From: Octopus vulgaris
Lineage: Eukaryota
Length of the DNA: 64,000 bases
Direction: 5' to 3'
Assembly: GCA_951406725.2 (NCBI GenBank)
Contig: OX597831.1
Span: 81,406,001 to 81,470,000, forward strand
Made by a program: the position numbers and the translations under genes. Shown here piece after piece: positions 28,797 through 45,649 of this stretch (position 1 is its first letter; each line of letters begins with the position of its first letter). Under the pieces are notes generated by a model. That model had not been told where the DNA came from. It searched no databases and saw nothing but the letters and a program-made list of their open reading frames with translations.

Positions 28797-29319
28797 AATG
28801 TATGTATGTATGTATTATTATTATTATACGTGTCGTATATTATATATAATCTAGAAGAGGCAAGGATAATTTATAATATTTATAGATAATGAGCAATTAT
28901 AGTTTTCAAACATTTTTGACACAAAAATAATTTTTATAAATAGCTTTAGAGTTTATATTCTACCTGCTGCCAACAAACAGATATTGACACCAACCGTCAA
29001 GTTTTAAGCCATGGTTGGAGTTATCACAAGAAAGACTTGTTGAATTTGTCGTTCATAACAACAAGGAAGTCCAGTAATAAGATAAACAATAATAATGACA
29101 AAAGCAATAACAATGAAAATTAAACAATGACGACGATATTTTCTTATTTTTGAAAGAGAACTTGAAATCTATCAGTCGGAGACAATCTGTTTGTTGCGTA
29201 AAGTAAATAATAACAATATAGTATTTGTTTGAATTGGTTGATCAAGAATGCCTAAGATATCTTTCTATATATGTGTAACAGTCATGCCTTTCCCGCGTAA
29301 AAGAAAACATTTTAACAGA

Positions 29320-29460
29320 AGAACTGAAGTGAAATGGCAACCAATTTCACCCCGGATTTGGAACAGTTTGCAATTGGCCAACTCCAATCAACTCGATTTC
29401 ACTGGTCTGGGAAGCTGAACGCATAACTTTCACAACGTGAACACAACCAAGTTAACGACG
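29320..29460 (-). promoter_or_regulatory. Candidate proximal promoter of Emx
   Basis: Unique non-repetitive segment. Minus-strand Inr-like TTCAGTT at 29328-29322 and CCAAT motifs at 29341, 29373-29377 and 29384. About 1.1 kb upstream of the ATG. Motif inference only. Confidence 0.35.
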
Positions 29461-29468
29461 AAACAGCA

Positions 29469-29535
<67 letters not shown>

Positions 29536-29883
29536 TCTTATAGTCTGTTCCTGATTAACTATGTCACCTAGTTTATATAGATTTGAATATGTAGAGAACG
29601 ATAGAACCAGAGAGTTGAAAATATATTGCGAAAGGAAACCACACTCGTAGAATACTTTAAACAGACGGCCAAGTGGATTACTTCATTGGTTGTTATTAAA
29701 GGGAGTTTATAAACTGAAGCTTGCGATCGTTTTTGTCCAAACTATTGGAGGAAGGAGAAAACTCTATAAACAAAATAGAAGCATAAAATTGTTGGTGTGA
29801 TTATGTAAAAATGATGGATGCCAAATGATAAAACAATAATTGCAACTAATGTTACCGTTATTAATATTGCTATTAATATTTAA

Positions 29884-29919
<36 letters not shown>

Positions 29920-30030
29920 TAAAATTAATTAAAATTATTTCTTTTAATGATGACGCTTTGCAATTCCCCGACCTTACTTTCTATCTCTCACACATTCTTC
30001 TGTTTGTATTTAATACGTGCGCCAATAGAC

Positions 30031-30087
<57 letters not shown>

Positions 30088-30358
30088 TGTGTGTTTGCGT
30101 GTGTCTATATCTAATTAAAATTCTGAACACATTCCTCTGCATATGTTCCATGCAGAGAATACGACTGCCCGCTGTTGCTTCTCACTAGGATTCTAATATT
30201 CTGATATTCTCGATATTTTAATATTCTAATATTCCGTCATAAAACGGTGTTGTTAATGTTTATGAGCCGACTTAACATTTTACATGCTTGCATATTTTCA
30301 TATGCGGTGCCCCAACACGGCCACAGCCTTTGGGTTGAAAACTGTAAAAGAATATATA

Positions 30359-30398
<40 letters not shown>

Positions 30399-31597
30399 AG
30401 TGGATTATTTCGATTTAAGACAGTTGGAATATATTTATAAATTTCAAAACTAAATAAACACTTGAATGTAAAATAGGAGCCAATAGGAAAGGAAAAAAAA
30501 GGTGAAAAGGGACGGTTGTGTATGATATTTAGTTAAATAAGGATTTCGCCTTGAATTGAAACTATATTTTGGTGGGATAAATGTGTGAAGATCATAGATT
30601 GAAAACGGGATATTTAGAACAAAAAATAAGACAGCTAGAGGGATGGATGATGGATGGATGGATGGATGGATTGATTGATGGATGGATTGATGGATTGATG
30701 GATGGATTGATTGATGGATTGATGGATGGATGGATGGTGCGAGAGAGGAAAGATGTAAGTGTGTGCTAGTGTTTACATATTTGAGTGTATGTATATATAC
30801 TGTATTTGAGTAGGTTCCATTGCGTGAGAATGTTTCAGTAACTATGTGTGTAGCAATATATATAAACGAATGTGAGTGGGTGTGTGCGTGTGCGTGTGTG
30901 GGTGTGTGAGTGCGCGTGATATCAAGGAAAATCCAAATTTCGCAAAGGATTAAGATATTCCAGGAAAATTTTTACAAAGTTCTTTTTCCAAACAATTATT
31001 TATATATGTATATATGAATTCGCATGGACACACACACGCACACAAATATATATATATAGGTATATATATATATATAATGTATGTATATATATATAATGTA
31101 TGTATTCTTTGGTAATCGTCTTTCTGTCAATGTCTGTGTGTATATATATCTTTTAAAATTCTTTAGTAAAACAGTAATTATGTATGTAATATATATATAC
31201 GCACATGCTGTATATATGTGTACAATATTTGTTTATATACATCCTATCTTTGGATAGATCATATTCAGGTGTGTTGAGGAGGATATATAATGCAACATTA
31301 TATCGGACGGAACTACACCAAATATGGTTCTTTTCATAACACTTGTATAACCATTTTATATATGAATATACATATATCTTTTTGTGCAGACCTGTTTGTC
31401 TATATATTTTCAGTTTATAATTTTATTAATATTAATTTAATTAATTTTTAATCCAATAATCCTGATGAAATATATGATTTTTTTCGCAATCCTTCACTTC
31501 GTTTTCTTTGAAATTTGCTTAATTCTTCAACAGAACTTCGCCATTCTTGTGTAAAGTAAGTCCAGATAGTAGTAGAGTTGCTTGGCAAAGTCTGAAA

Positions 31598-31636
<39 letters not shown>

Positions 31637-31992
31637 CTTGTAGAAATAAATGAAAGATTGAAATTTTTGGAAAAATGATTATAAGACATTTTTCTTGCAG
31701 TTTAGCCCCAGGTCAGTTCAGTTCAGTCAGAGTCTGATCAAAGATTCCTATCTTTTATTCTGACATGGAGTATCTGGGACTAAATTATCTTCTAATTATG
31801 TAGGGTAAGAGAATGAATAGCTACAGTTGCTGTTGTTCTTATAGTTTAGCCCTGGGCTTTCACTGTCTCAGCTGACCGAAGAGGTTCCAGTTATGGCCAT
31901 CCCAACGTTCATTCAGTCATAGTGTATCTACAAACATACTAAAGGGTGAGGGAATATTATTATTAATTATGTTTGTTACACACACACCGTCA

Positions 31993-32053
<61 letters not shown>

Positions 32054-32450
32054 GTATGTATATATACGTACATATACATATATGTGGATACAGTCTACAC
32101 ATTTGTACACACACACACACACATATAATTAATGTATAACAGCAGTTTGCAATGTTTCACCAAAAAGGAGAATTACAAATGCCAGTAAATGTGACTAGGG
32201 TGATACGAAACATCAATATTGCTAGAAATAAGAGCTAAAATGCTCTAATGCTGTAATTAACACACATGAATGAAAACACATACACTAATAGGCATCATAA
32301 TCGTCCGAAAAATGGCGATCAAGAAGTCCATGAAATATATGAACATATTTCATGGGCCATGCTGGGGCTGCGGTGGTGCCCCAGCATGGCCGCGGCCTTC
32401 GGGCTAAAACATTTTTAAGATTTAAGGATTTATATGTAGGAATATATCTT

Positions 32451-32486
<36 letters not shown>

Positions 32487-32659
32487 AGCGTTGTGCTTAT
32501 TGTCCTGTATTCTCTTTTTTGCCTGTCTTGTTCCTTGGTTTGTGTCTATGTTTTTCGTCTCTCTATGTGTTCGACGTCTTTTGGTGTCCTGTACACATAT
32601 ATGCGTGTACATGTAGGGCTAAAACATTTTTAAGGGATTTATATGTAGGAATATATCTT

Positions 32660-33339
<680 letters not shown>

Positions 33340-33856
33340 TAGTGGACTGTTAGGTAGATAAACGTATGTATGTGGGTATGAGTGGGTGTGTATGCCCTTT
33401 TGTTTTTAATCATTATTATGTTTTTGTTATATTTTTTATATTTTTTATATATTATTTTTTTTATTTCTGTTTGTAAGCATTTAGATATGTAAATAAACAG
33501 ATCAACATACAGACGGATAGGTATGTAGACTATAGGAACAGACAGATATGGAGACACGGATCCACACACATAGAGATGCACATCCATACATACAGACATG
33601 GTACATAGTTACATAACACACACACACACACACACACACAGACACAGACATGCACACACAAGGAGACAGAGGTGCATACATATACAAACACATGCTCACA
33701 CACACACATACATAGAAAATACACAAACACGGACATGCAAGCACATAAATATGCAGGATACGCACATACAGATGCACACACATACATACATACATGCATA
33801 TGCATACACATACATATATACATACACATACATACGTACATGTATGCATGTAAAGG

Positions 33857-33887
<31 letters not shown>

Positions 33888-33937
33888 ACCCTCACACATG
33901 CGCACAAACAAACAAAAGGGGTCGCAGTGTAAATAAG

Positions 33938-34326
<389 letters not shown>

Positions 34327-34449
34327 TATATTCCTTGTATTGTTTGTCTTGTACTCTGTTTTTTCGTTGTTAAAAAAAGTCCGTTTCCTTGTTTGATTTT
34401 ATTTTTTCGTTTCTCGTTCCGTTCTACGTTTATTTGTGGTGTCCTGTAC

Positions 34450-34494
<45 letters not shown>

Positions 34495-34660
34495 TGTATA
34501 TATACATATAGATGTAGGTATGTACATATATGTATGTATGTATGCATATGTTTTATTTATTAAATTGTTATTATATGATTGAACGCCTCGCGTTGTTTTC
34601 TTAATCTCCAAGTAAGTTTTTATTATATATGTACATACATATATATATATATACATACAT

Positions 34661-34720
<60 letters not shown>

Positions 34721-34813
34721 GGAAAGTTTACGAAAATAAACAAAAGACGAAGGCAGGTAGTGTACAAACAAACAAATGTATTAGTGTAACGCTCAGGTAT
34801 AGAAAAAGTCTTT

Positions 34814-34841
34814 TACGTTTCGAGCCTACTGTCTTCTACAG
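34814..34841 (-). ncRNA. Hammerhead-like core, CUGUAGA variant, same family as 22236-22263
   Basis: CUGUAGA-AGACAGUAGGCUC-GAAAC-GUA, within the repeat at about 34720-34920. Confidence 0.4.
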
Positions 34842-36251
34842 AAGATACACAGAAAAAAAACAAGGAGAGAAACAAGGAGACAAAAAAATGTGTGTAGTAG
34901 CTAACGATCTATCATGGCGTATACATGTACATATTTCGTACAGGGGGACTTATCAAAAGGATAGGTATTACAGATATATAAATACATAAATAAATATGTA
35001 CACATACATACATACATATACCTACATACATATACGTACATACATGTATGTATATATATGATATATACATATGCATATATGCGTATGTGCGTGTGTGTGC
35101 TTATGTATTAAGTTTATCTAAGAATCTGACGGAATTTCTCCCCTGACGAATGGATTTCTAACAAAATTACAGCAATGGAATTTACACAACAAAACCAGTA
35201 AAGAATTAAAGAATTGATCAGAGGTTGAATTTTAGAAAAGTTTTGCATATTTTCAATGTACCACGCAAAGATAAAATTGAACTCCCGCATATATAAGCTT
35301 GTCTGCTGAACTCTGTACATGTCAGCCCGCCTACCTGTTGGTCGGAAGACAATAACCGGTGGCAACACTACTTGAATGATTTAATTGTTAATTATCACAT
35401 AAAACAAGGAATGTAATAACACCTTGATTGGATGTGTGTGCGTGTGCGCGCGTGTGTATTAGTGAAGAATTAAACAGAATCAGGGATAAAATTATAAATT
35501 AATGGTTAAGAGGCCAAATAAAACAATATTTACACGCTAACGTATCATATTACAGGTACATACAACTACAGAAGCATACACACCTACATACATACTTACT
35601 GACAGACAGACAGATAGACAAATTGATAGAAAGCGAGAGAGAGAGAGGGAGAGAGAGGAAGAGAGAGGGAGTGGGAGGTGTAAAACAAACATACGTAATG
35701 TCAAGATTGTACATTCACATTATTAAGTATATAAGGTGTCTGTGTGTGTGTGTGTGTGTGTATGTGTTCGTGTGTGTGTGTTTGTGTGAGTATGCATACT
35801 TACGTAAATGCGTGTATACCAATAATCTCATACTTATATGTATTCCTTCACACTGTGGATCGGACCCAAAGATGGTTTTTCTTCGCAGCAAATTGACAAA
35901 ACGGATATAAAAAAAATCTGGCTAGTTTCATTATTAATTAAGAAATCGTTAAGTTTCATTTATCTTTTAATTTCCCAAGATAGTCAGCGGAAGTAGTGGA
36001 AGTGACAGCGATGGTTCGATCTCGTTAACCAAACTAGCAGAACGTCAACATTGAGGCCTTAGGCTACAAATACCAAGGAATCAATATTTTAATTTATTCA
36101 TAATCCAGGGTGCATCCAGAGTTCAGCAATTATGTCTGTGTAGACATACATATATATATATATATACACATGCACACACACACACACACAAATTAATGAA
36201 TGAAAAGGGAACAGAAATCTTGTAATCAACTTCATTAGGGGTGTGTGCGTG

Positions 36252-36348
<97 letters not shown>

Positions 36349-36661
36349 CGTATAATATGAATACATATTAGGTGTACATATATATATAATGTATATATAT
36401 ATATATGCATGCATGTATGTAACCATGCATATATGTAGGCAAGTATGTATGTGTGGGAGGTGTATGTGTGTGAGATACACATATTCAGGCATAATTATAT
36501 ATAATTTTACTTCCATCTTTAAGATGTCAATAAAACAATACCAGCCGTGTTATGGGGGTCGATGAAATCAACGTTTGAACTCTTCCCTGATCTCTTGCTG
36601 GTGCAGTGGGAAAATTTTAGATTTCTATGTAAAATCAATTTATATCAAATACTTCCTCAGG

Positions 36662-36750
<89 letters not shown>

Positions 36751-36795
36751 AACAACAACAGCAACAACAGCAACAACAACAACAACAACAACAAT
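36662..36795. repeat. (AAC)n microsatellite
   Basis: Seen directly. Confidence 0.95.
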
Positions 36796-38695
36796 AATTA
36801 TAATAAATGAATAACTGTATTTATACTGATAAATTTAGAAGCTGTAATAATAGTATTTAGTTTCCACAGGAACAGCCCCAGAATATAAGCTGGCTGTATG
36901 TGCGTGCATGTATGTGTGTGTGTATGTATGTATGTATGTATGTATGTATGTATGTATGTATGTATGTATGTATGTATGTATGTATGTATATAAATATCGA
37001 TATATATGTGTGTGTATAAATATATATGTATTTATATGTATACGCACACATATATATCTATATCAATATATATAATTATATATATATATATGATTATATA
37101 TATATATATATACATACACACACATACACACACATATATATAATAATATAAATATATATATATTTATTTTATTATATATATGAGTGTGCGTGTTTGGGCG
37201 TGTGTGTGTGTGTGTTTTGTGTGTGTGTGTGTGTGTAGGAGAAACTATGCAGCGAAGGAGATTGCCAATTATAATTTTACTGGGGAGGGAAGGTAAGAGA
37301 GGAGCAACATCAACAGGATTCTAATTTTGTCATTTATAAGGGTATTGAAAGGCACCGAAGATTAGGCCTTTGAATACACTTAGGGTACAGAGTTATCCAT
37401 CCCTGACAATTAAAGCTGTTAAACCCATCCACTTCAGTGATTCTGTAATGGAAATAATTCTGTAATTACGTGAATTTAATTAATTAGTATTTTGTTGTTT
37501 ATTTTGTTTAGTATTGATGTTTGTTTTGTTTATCTTTGCTACCCCTGCCTTGCAAGTGGGAGTTGTCATGGGGCACCTTAACCGGGCCTCTTCTAATATT
37601 TATACATTTTCATCCCCAAACCAGCAATGTTTGAGTCAACCAATATTCCTTGGCATGCCAACCATGGTCAGCCTACTTCTTATATATAATAAGGCCGATT
37701 TGTCTTACGTGTACTTAGGGTGTTATTCGATTGAGCCAACCTCGAAGGGGGACATTAGGGGCTTGTTTGTTGATTTGATGTTTACTTTCAGTTGAAAGAG
37801 ATAAACAAGATTTAGAGAAGGAGAGCAAGAAAAACAGTTTTAACTTACAATAAGAATTTCATACGATTCCACGACAAAATAACATATGGCATTGATTATA
37901 TAATTAGTATACATGTATATATATGTATGCATATGTGTGTGTATATATATATATATTCTTTAAAAACTTTGAATATATCTATAAACGTAGAATATTTATT
38001 CCATACGAGAGTCAAATGTGAAGTTTTCTATTTTATATAATAAGAATATCGAATGATACTTAGGAGATTTCAATTATGATATAGACGTAAACATATTTGA
38101 TATCCATAGGATATTATGTTTGATATAAATAGAAGATCAATTTGACATTGTTATACATATAATATTTCACATATGATCAGAACATATTAAACAAAATATA
38201 ACAGGGGGAATACTAGTAGTATTATGTTAAAATATTAAATTTCATATTCATAATGTTAAAATGTATTTGTTACTGTTAAATAATACCATTTCGTGCCATT
38301 TTTAACTGATTCAGAATATCATTAGGTTCACTTTTTTCTTATTTTTTCAGGATGCCAGACTTTTCCTCATTCTTCTACTAAAAACTACAACTCCGAAAGT
38401 TCAAATACGAAATTCAACATATATAAAACATTATGTATTAAACAGTTAAAATATATAATATACTATATTGTATAGTATTGTATTATATTGTATAATATAA
38501 TATAATATATTATATATCACAGCATAGCGACAGCAAGGATAGCGACAAGACAGTAGTCGAAATATATTGGACATCGTTAAAATTTGTATTCAGTTAATTT
38601 AATACTGAAAATATCTCTCATATAGATTAAATACTATCTTTGTTGCAGCTAAAATATTATATTTCATTCTGTTAATATTATGTATAAGTGTGTGT

Positions 38696-38729
<34 letters not shown>

Positions 38730-40424
38730 TATAGATATAGATAGATAGATTATCTAGTTTTTTTTCCTTCTCTCCCTTTTACGATCCCTTTTGATCGAAA
38801 ACCTACCCCACCCTTTTTTTCTCTCTCCTCAAAAAAGAAAAGCTCTACTTTGTAATCTGTCCCGTCTGTGTGCAGCCCTGTGTGGCTAATAAAGAAACAT
38901 ATCTATCTATCTATCTATCTATCTATCATATATATATGTGTGTGTGTACACAGATATGTGTGTGTATGTAAATCTATCTATCTATATCTGTATACATACA
39001 CACACACACAACACACACATATACACTTATATAAATACACGCACATATATATATATACATTCGATGTATTAGAATATATTCTATATGCTTAAAATGTATT
39101 TTCTGTTGATAGAATGTTATGGAGTTAAAATAAAATTTGTATAGTTTAAGTGATTATTTTAAAAATATATTTGAAATATTTTTAATAGTATATATTTAAA
39201 ACTGTTTGTATAGTTACAATACTATATATTATGATGTAATTATATATACGTAGCGTTATTTATTATAGATGAAATATATTTCGCATGACCAAAAAAATGT
39301 ATTTTAAAAACTTGAAACACTATATTTATTACAGTCCAAATATAATTTATGCTGTTGATATAAATACCATATATTTAAAATATTAAGTCATAGGCTTAAA
39401 ATGAATTTCATATTGTAAAAATAACACACTTCATTTCTCAGATATTTCTAATATGTAGTAAAAATATTATACCTGATATTGATTTAAATAAATTTTGCAA
39501 GGGAAAACCTCGACATGCTTAACATACATGTACAGGATCGTTATTGTTTGTCTAAAAATAATCAAATAAATTATAATAAATTTATTAATAACATCTACCA
39601 ACACATTTTCTCTACAGAAAACATTTAAAAAGTTCCAGATTATTTGATAATATTCTATAATATTGATTTGAAAGCAATCAACGCTGGATGTCAACATTAA
39701 TTAAAAAATAATGGGCCTGATTGCAAATATTATCTGACAGCTAAAATGTTTGTCTATCACTTTTTCACACACAATCTCTCATTATCTCAACCTTAATACA
39801 TACACACATACATACATACATACATACATACATACATACATACATACATACATACATACATACATACATACATACGCATATATATATACACACACAAATA
39901 CACACAAAAACACATACACATAAAAGATGAGTAAAAACTGGAGAATCATTTGATTCCTTGTGTCACTTCTCAAACTATCAGGTTACCTGCCCAGGTACGA
40001 TTAAATGGTTACCCATGCCAAGAATTTCAGAATTGCCGCAGAGATTATCGTCAGTTGTCTTATATGCATTCTGCTGCCGGATCTGAATGCAGTTTTTATT
40101 TCATTCGGAACGACAACTCTTTATTTATTTATCTATTTTATCTATCTACACTCATATACATATATGTGTGTATGCGTGCGTGTATGTGTGTCTGGCTGTG
40201 TGTGCATAAGTAAATAGAGGTAACTATATATATATATTCGCCTGAGTTTACTGCTTCGAATTTATGGTCAGCAAAAAGCGTCAAATGAGCAGTTGAGGCA
40301 TCTCAACGCCACTTTACAAAGAAGATTGACTCCCAGTGCAACAGAGGAATTACAGGAAGAGGCGAAAAGAACTGGAGAAGACGTGAAAGATATGCAGTGT
40401 GTGCGTGCGTGCGTGTATATATAA

Positions 40425-40478
<54 letters not shown>

Positions 40479-40495
40479 GTGTATGTGTCTGTGTG

Positions 40496-40527
<32 letters not shown>

Positions 40528-40739
40528 TAAAATTTTATTTAATGTTAAGATTTAAGAAAAATAATTTTACATTCATCTGAAGGATTACTCCATACCTTTG
40601 TAGAGCACAAATTTATAATTCTTTAACAAGAATTCTATCGACAGTCCGAAGATGGTCTAGGGAGCCGAAACTTCGAATACAATGTAAAAATACTATTCTT
40701 GCTAAAGGATCATGAACACACACACACACAAATGATAAA

Positions 40740-41145
40740 TCATTGTCTAGCACCCAACTTTAGGTATTGAAAGCTATGCCAATCTCCGAACTGGACGCCA
40801 CTGTATAGAGTCAAAGAAAATTCCTTCTCTGTCCCGAGTAAGGGCCCAATTCTGTACAGCCAAGAGTTCAAAGGTTCACTCTATTTCAATACCTTGCTAG
40901 AAGGCCACAGAGATCTAGGAAGTGTGGACATGGATGTGTGCGAAGAGCATTTAGGCAAATTTTTATCAGAGACACCTGAAGAACCAACAGCGCAGAAAGA
41001 AACGCGAAGAAGGGCAGCGTTGTTCAACTCACTATTTTACCAGGACCGATTCCGGAGATAGGGCCGTTAATTAATAATAAAATTTAGCAAGTATTAACAC
41101 TAATGGCTGTTGTCCCAGCATGGCAAACACTTTAGACTGAAACCA
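40740..41145 (+). mobile_element. Old LINE 3' fragment, same superfamily
   Basis: Diverged similarity to 10531-10927 (ACTGGACGCCACTGTATAG, CTATTTCAATACCTTG, CCTGAAGAACCAAC, CCCAGCATGGC...CTGAAAC). Confidence 0.7.
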
Positions 41146-41179
41146 ACAAACCAGTAGTAAAATACAGAAATCAAACGCA

Positions 41180-41227
<48 letters not shown>

Positions 41228-41548
41228 TGTGAGTGTGTGTATAAGAAAATGAGATGACAACGGAATAAATGATTAACTTATGAACTTCATTGTCTCACGG
41301 CTGTTTCTGCTATGCGATGTAGTGGACTCAGAGCTGAGTACCTGAGTAACACCTTACAGTTAGCTTAATAGACGTCGTCAGATTTTGACGGCGAGTAAGA
41401 TCAAACATTTCCTGGTAGAATAAATTTGGTACGCTACTTAAACGTATTGACTAACCTTTCAATTTATCTTCGAATATTTCTGTATAAAATGAAAACAAAC
41501 ACCAATATATATATACATATATAATTAATTAATTTTACCCTTTATTCG

Positions 41549-41586
<38 letters not shown>

Positions 41587-41599
41587 TTTTATTCTTTCG

Positions 41600-42005
41600 T
41601 TCTTTTACTTGTATCAATCATTTGACTATAGCCATGTTGGATCACGGCCTCAAATGGTTTTAGTCGAAGAAACCAGTCTCGGGACGCACTCTTTGTAAGC
41701 CTAGTACTTATTCTTTTTGACGGAACTGGTTAAGTTACAGAGGTGTAAACACACCAGCATCGGTTGTCAAGTGATGGTGCGGAATGCGCAAACACAGATA
41801 CACACACACACAGACATAAATTCATATATATATACACACACACACAACTAGCTTCTTTCAGTTTCCGCCTACCAAATCTACCCACAAGGCTTTGGTCCGC
41901 CAAAGGCTATAATAGTAGGTGACACTTGCCCAAGGTTTAACGCAGTGGGACCCAACCGGTAACCACGTGGTTGGGAAGCAAGCTTCTTACCACACAGCCA
42001 CACCA
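41600..42005 (-). mobile_element. SINE copy
   Basis: Same family blocks from tail to head (CGCAGTGGGACCCAACC, CTTACCACACAGCCAC). Confidence 0.82.
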
Positions 42006-42185
42006 ATGATTCAACACGTACAATAGCACTCGATCACTTGTGAGAGTAAAGATAATCTTATAAGCAAAAAGCATTATTATTTTGGTCGGGAAACCATGCC
42101 TAGCTGTAGATACAAAATTTGTGATATTATATATATATATATATGTGTGTGTATGTGTGTTTGTGTGCAAATAATTATATATATA

Positions 42186-42239
<54 letters not shown>

Positions 42240-43157
42240 ACAGAGTTATTGGTTAGGGATTATCAAAACGGTCAAAATACTTGAGGGCACTCTGTCAGCA
42301 CAGCAGGCTAATAATATTGTTTTGATTAGTAAAGAACTCCGCGTTTTCTAGCTGCAGGGTCACGCGCGCACGCGCGTAAATATATGTGTATGTGTGTGTG
42401 TGTTAATATATACATATATGTGTGTCTGTGTGCGTGTGAGAGAGGGAGAGAAAGAATGTGTGTGCGTTCCTACCTGCAAGACATTTGCTCACTTCAAGGC
42501 TATAGGATATAAAGGCCATTACTGCACATTAAATCGAAACCCGATCCTTTGATTACAACACGAAGTACCACCACAATCTAAAGTAGGCCCATACATACAG
42601 ATATGAAAAGCAATACTACGGTCTGTACCATGACCACCAACATCAATAATATACATATTATATAGATATATACATGTACATACATATAAGTATACGTACA
42701 GACATACATGCATATACACACCCACATACACACACTCATATTCGCTTAGGCACTGCGGAACTAATAGCCTAGTGTAGAACTCAATACACATATGTGTTAG
42801 ACGAGTAAAGACCAGCAATAAGAAAAAGAGATGCCAAAGGAAGGCGATGGTTATGTTGTGAATTCCATTAGCTTACAGCTGTTTCTGCCACAAGATGCTG
42901 TGGACTCATGGTTGAGTGCCTGAATAGCATCCTGTAGCTTCATCGGAGCCTCGAATATGAAGTGTAATTTCTTTGAGAAAAAAGAAATATATTTGTGCAA
43001 TATACAGTGAGTCATTATTGATGTATAGAAAAAGACGCACATGTCCAAAAGGCAATTAAATTTACAAGCAGAAAAATATATGCATATATACACGCAGGCA
43101 CGCACTCATAAGTAATATAATATAAAACATAATACAAAATAATATAAATATAAATAC

Positions 43158-43194
<37 letters not shown>

Positions 43195-43205
43195 TACATG
43201 CATAC

Positions 43206-43249
<44 letters not shown>

Positions 43250-43302
43250 TAATTAAAACAGCCTGTTGCAATGTTAGACAGTAAAGAAGAATTATAATCA
43301 AC

Positions 43303-43640
43303 TAAACGTGACTAAACGAGCCAAGACACCTACGTTGCTAGATATAAGAGATAAAATGCTCCAATGCTGTTATAATGCACATAACATATAACTCTGAGGA
43401 CACCGACTGGTCAGTTTCGGATATTTCCGTAGCCATCGTCAGTAAGCTGGTCCGAGCTGGCCTTACTGATGATGGCTACGAAAATAGCCAAAAGCGAGCG
43501 GTCAATCTAAAGAATTTTCAGTTCGAAGCTCGTGGAGTTTGCAGCACCTATTAGTGTATATGTTATTGTAACAGGACTGGAGGATTTTAGCTCTTATTTC
43601 TAGCAATGTAGTTATCTTGACACCCTTAGTCACATTTAGT
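43303..43640. repeat. Inverted Penelope-like end pair; related copies at about 32186-32260 and 60585-60630
   Basis: TTGCTAGATATAAGAGATAAAATGCTCCA versus TGGAGGATTTTAGCTCTTATTTCTAGCAA. Confidence 0.75.
43405..43503. ncRNA. Inverted pair of degenerate hammerhead motifs
   Basis: Minus 43442-43405: CUGACGA-UGGCUACGGAAAUAUCC-GAAACUG(AC)CAGU-C. Plus 43466-43503: CUGAUGA-U-GGCUA(CGAAAA)UAGCC-AAAAG...GUC. Confidence 0.5.
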
Positions 43641-43868
43641 TGACGACTATATATATATATATGCATACATGCATACATACATATATAAAATATATTTATA
43701 TATATATGTATGTATGTATACATTTATATGTGTGTGGCGAGATGTTAACAAGCATAGGTGCGGAATGCTTTGATGTGATGTTTCACAGACACACATAATT
43801 TACATTTATGCAAAATACACGTATATAAACATATAGAAATGTATGTACACACACACGGGCGCACACAA

Positions 43869-43899
<31 letters not shown>

Positions 43900-44201
43900 C
43901 AATTACATTTCAGTGACAACTGTCTATGAAACCAGAGAAGCACATGTTGTTTCAATGGCTTATGATTTACATTTTACATATCAATATATTCTAAGCCACA
44001 AACACACACGTCTACGAAACAAAAATGTATATATATATGAGTGCATGTATATATATAAGTATGCGTGTATACATATATCTCTGTATATATGAATGTTTGA
44101 ATACAAATTTCCATATATTCATACAAATTTATAGGTACACATTAATATGTATGAACATTTATTTAAATATAAATCTCTATCTATCTATCTATCTATCTAT
44201 G

Positions 44202-44264
<63 letters not shown>

Positions 44265-44295
44265 ATATAGACACACATATATATAGATATATCCA

Positions 44296-44331
<36 letters not shown>

Positions 44332-44441
44332 CACACACACACACACAAATATATATATATAACTATATATATATACATGTATGCACATATATATATATAT
44401 ATACATATATATATGCACATATATATCCACATATATGTGTG

Positions 44442-44483
<42 letters not shown>

Positions 44484-44496
44484 TGCACACATACGA

Positions 44497-44563
<67 letters not shown>

Positions 44564-44644
44564 AATACATATATTTAAAATTGTAAGCGGTATGTATGTA
44601 ATTATGTATGTATATATATATGAATATATGAATAACACACACCT

Positions 44645-44900
44645 ACACACATATATACGCACACATGAAAAGGTTAGACAGTATTCTCGTAAGAAATTAC
44701 TAAATACTTTATATATATATATATATATCTAAAGTATTTTATGCACAACCGTACGGTATGTATACTTTTATAGTCACAAATAGATCCCTGCCCATATTGC
44801 GATTTTGCATACACCATGAAAACAAACGATGTCTACGACGTTCAGGGGTATTTAGTAATTTCTTACGAGAATACTCTCTAACCATTTCATGTGTGCGTAT
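44645..44900. repeat. Inverted repeat (arms about 60 bp)
   Basis: CGCACACATGAAAAGGTTAGACAGTATTCTCGTAAGAAATTACTAAATAC and its near reverse complement. Confidence 0.8.
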
Positions 44901-44929
44901 GTATGTGTGTATGGGTATGTATGTATGTG

Positions 44930-44994
<65 letters not shown>

Positions 44995-45020
44995 ATAAGT
45001 ATGTATATATATATGTATAC

Positions 45021-45051
<31 letters not shown>

Positions 45052-45269
45052 CATACATACATACATACATACATACATACGTATATATACATGTGTACTT
45101 ACACGCACAGGGATATGTATTTATATTTATACAGCTCTTATATATTTGTTTATGCTTATACATACATACATACATACATACATACATACATACATACATA
45201 CGTACATACATAAATATATATGGTATACATATACGTATGCATACTCAGCTATTTCCTCTCCTTATCTTT

Positions 45270-45575
45270 TTCGTTATTTCAATCATTGGACTGCGGCCAT
45301 GATGGCACAGAGCCTTAAACAAATTTTTTAGTCCAATGAATCAGCTCCAACGCTTATTTCTCAAGCCTGGTACTTATTCTGTGGGGAGGTAAACACCGGT
45401 TGCGAAGCGGTGTTGGAGGACACTGAAACAAACACTCACAGTCATATATATATATGTCTATAACTGACGGGCTTCTTTTCAGTTTCCATCTATCAATTTC
45501 CATTCATAAGTCACTCGTTGGCTCGAGACAGTGTGATTGGAAAATAAGCTTCCTATTACACAGGCACGGTAGCTC
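45270..45575 (-). mobile_element. SINE copy (diverged, deleted)
   Basis: GACTGCGGCCATGATGG, AAGCCTGGTACTTATTCT, GACGGGCTTCTTTTCAGTTTCC. Confidence 0.7.
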
Positions 45576-45576
45576 C

Positions 45577-45649
<73 letters not shown>

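Noticed and set aside
40646-40679. Possible hammerhead CCGAAGA...CCGAAAC (and CTGATGA...GAATGACCGTC at 60275-60303)
   Set aside because: The stems or GAAA core are too degenerate to support; they may be decayed relics.
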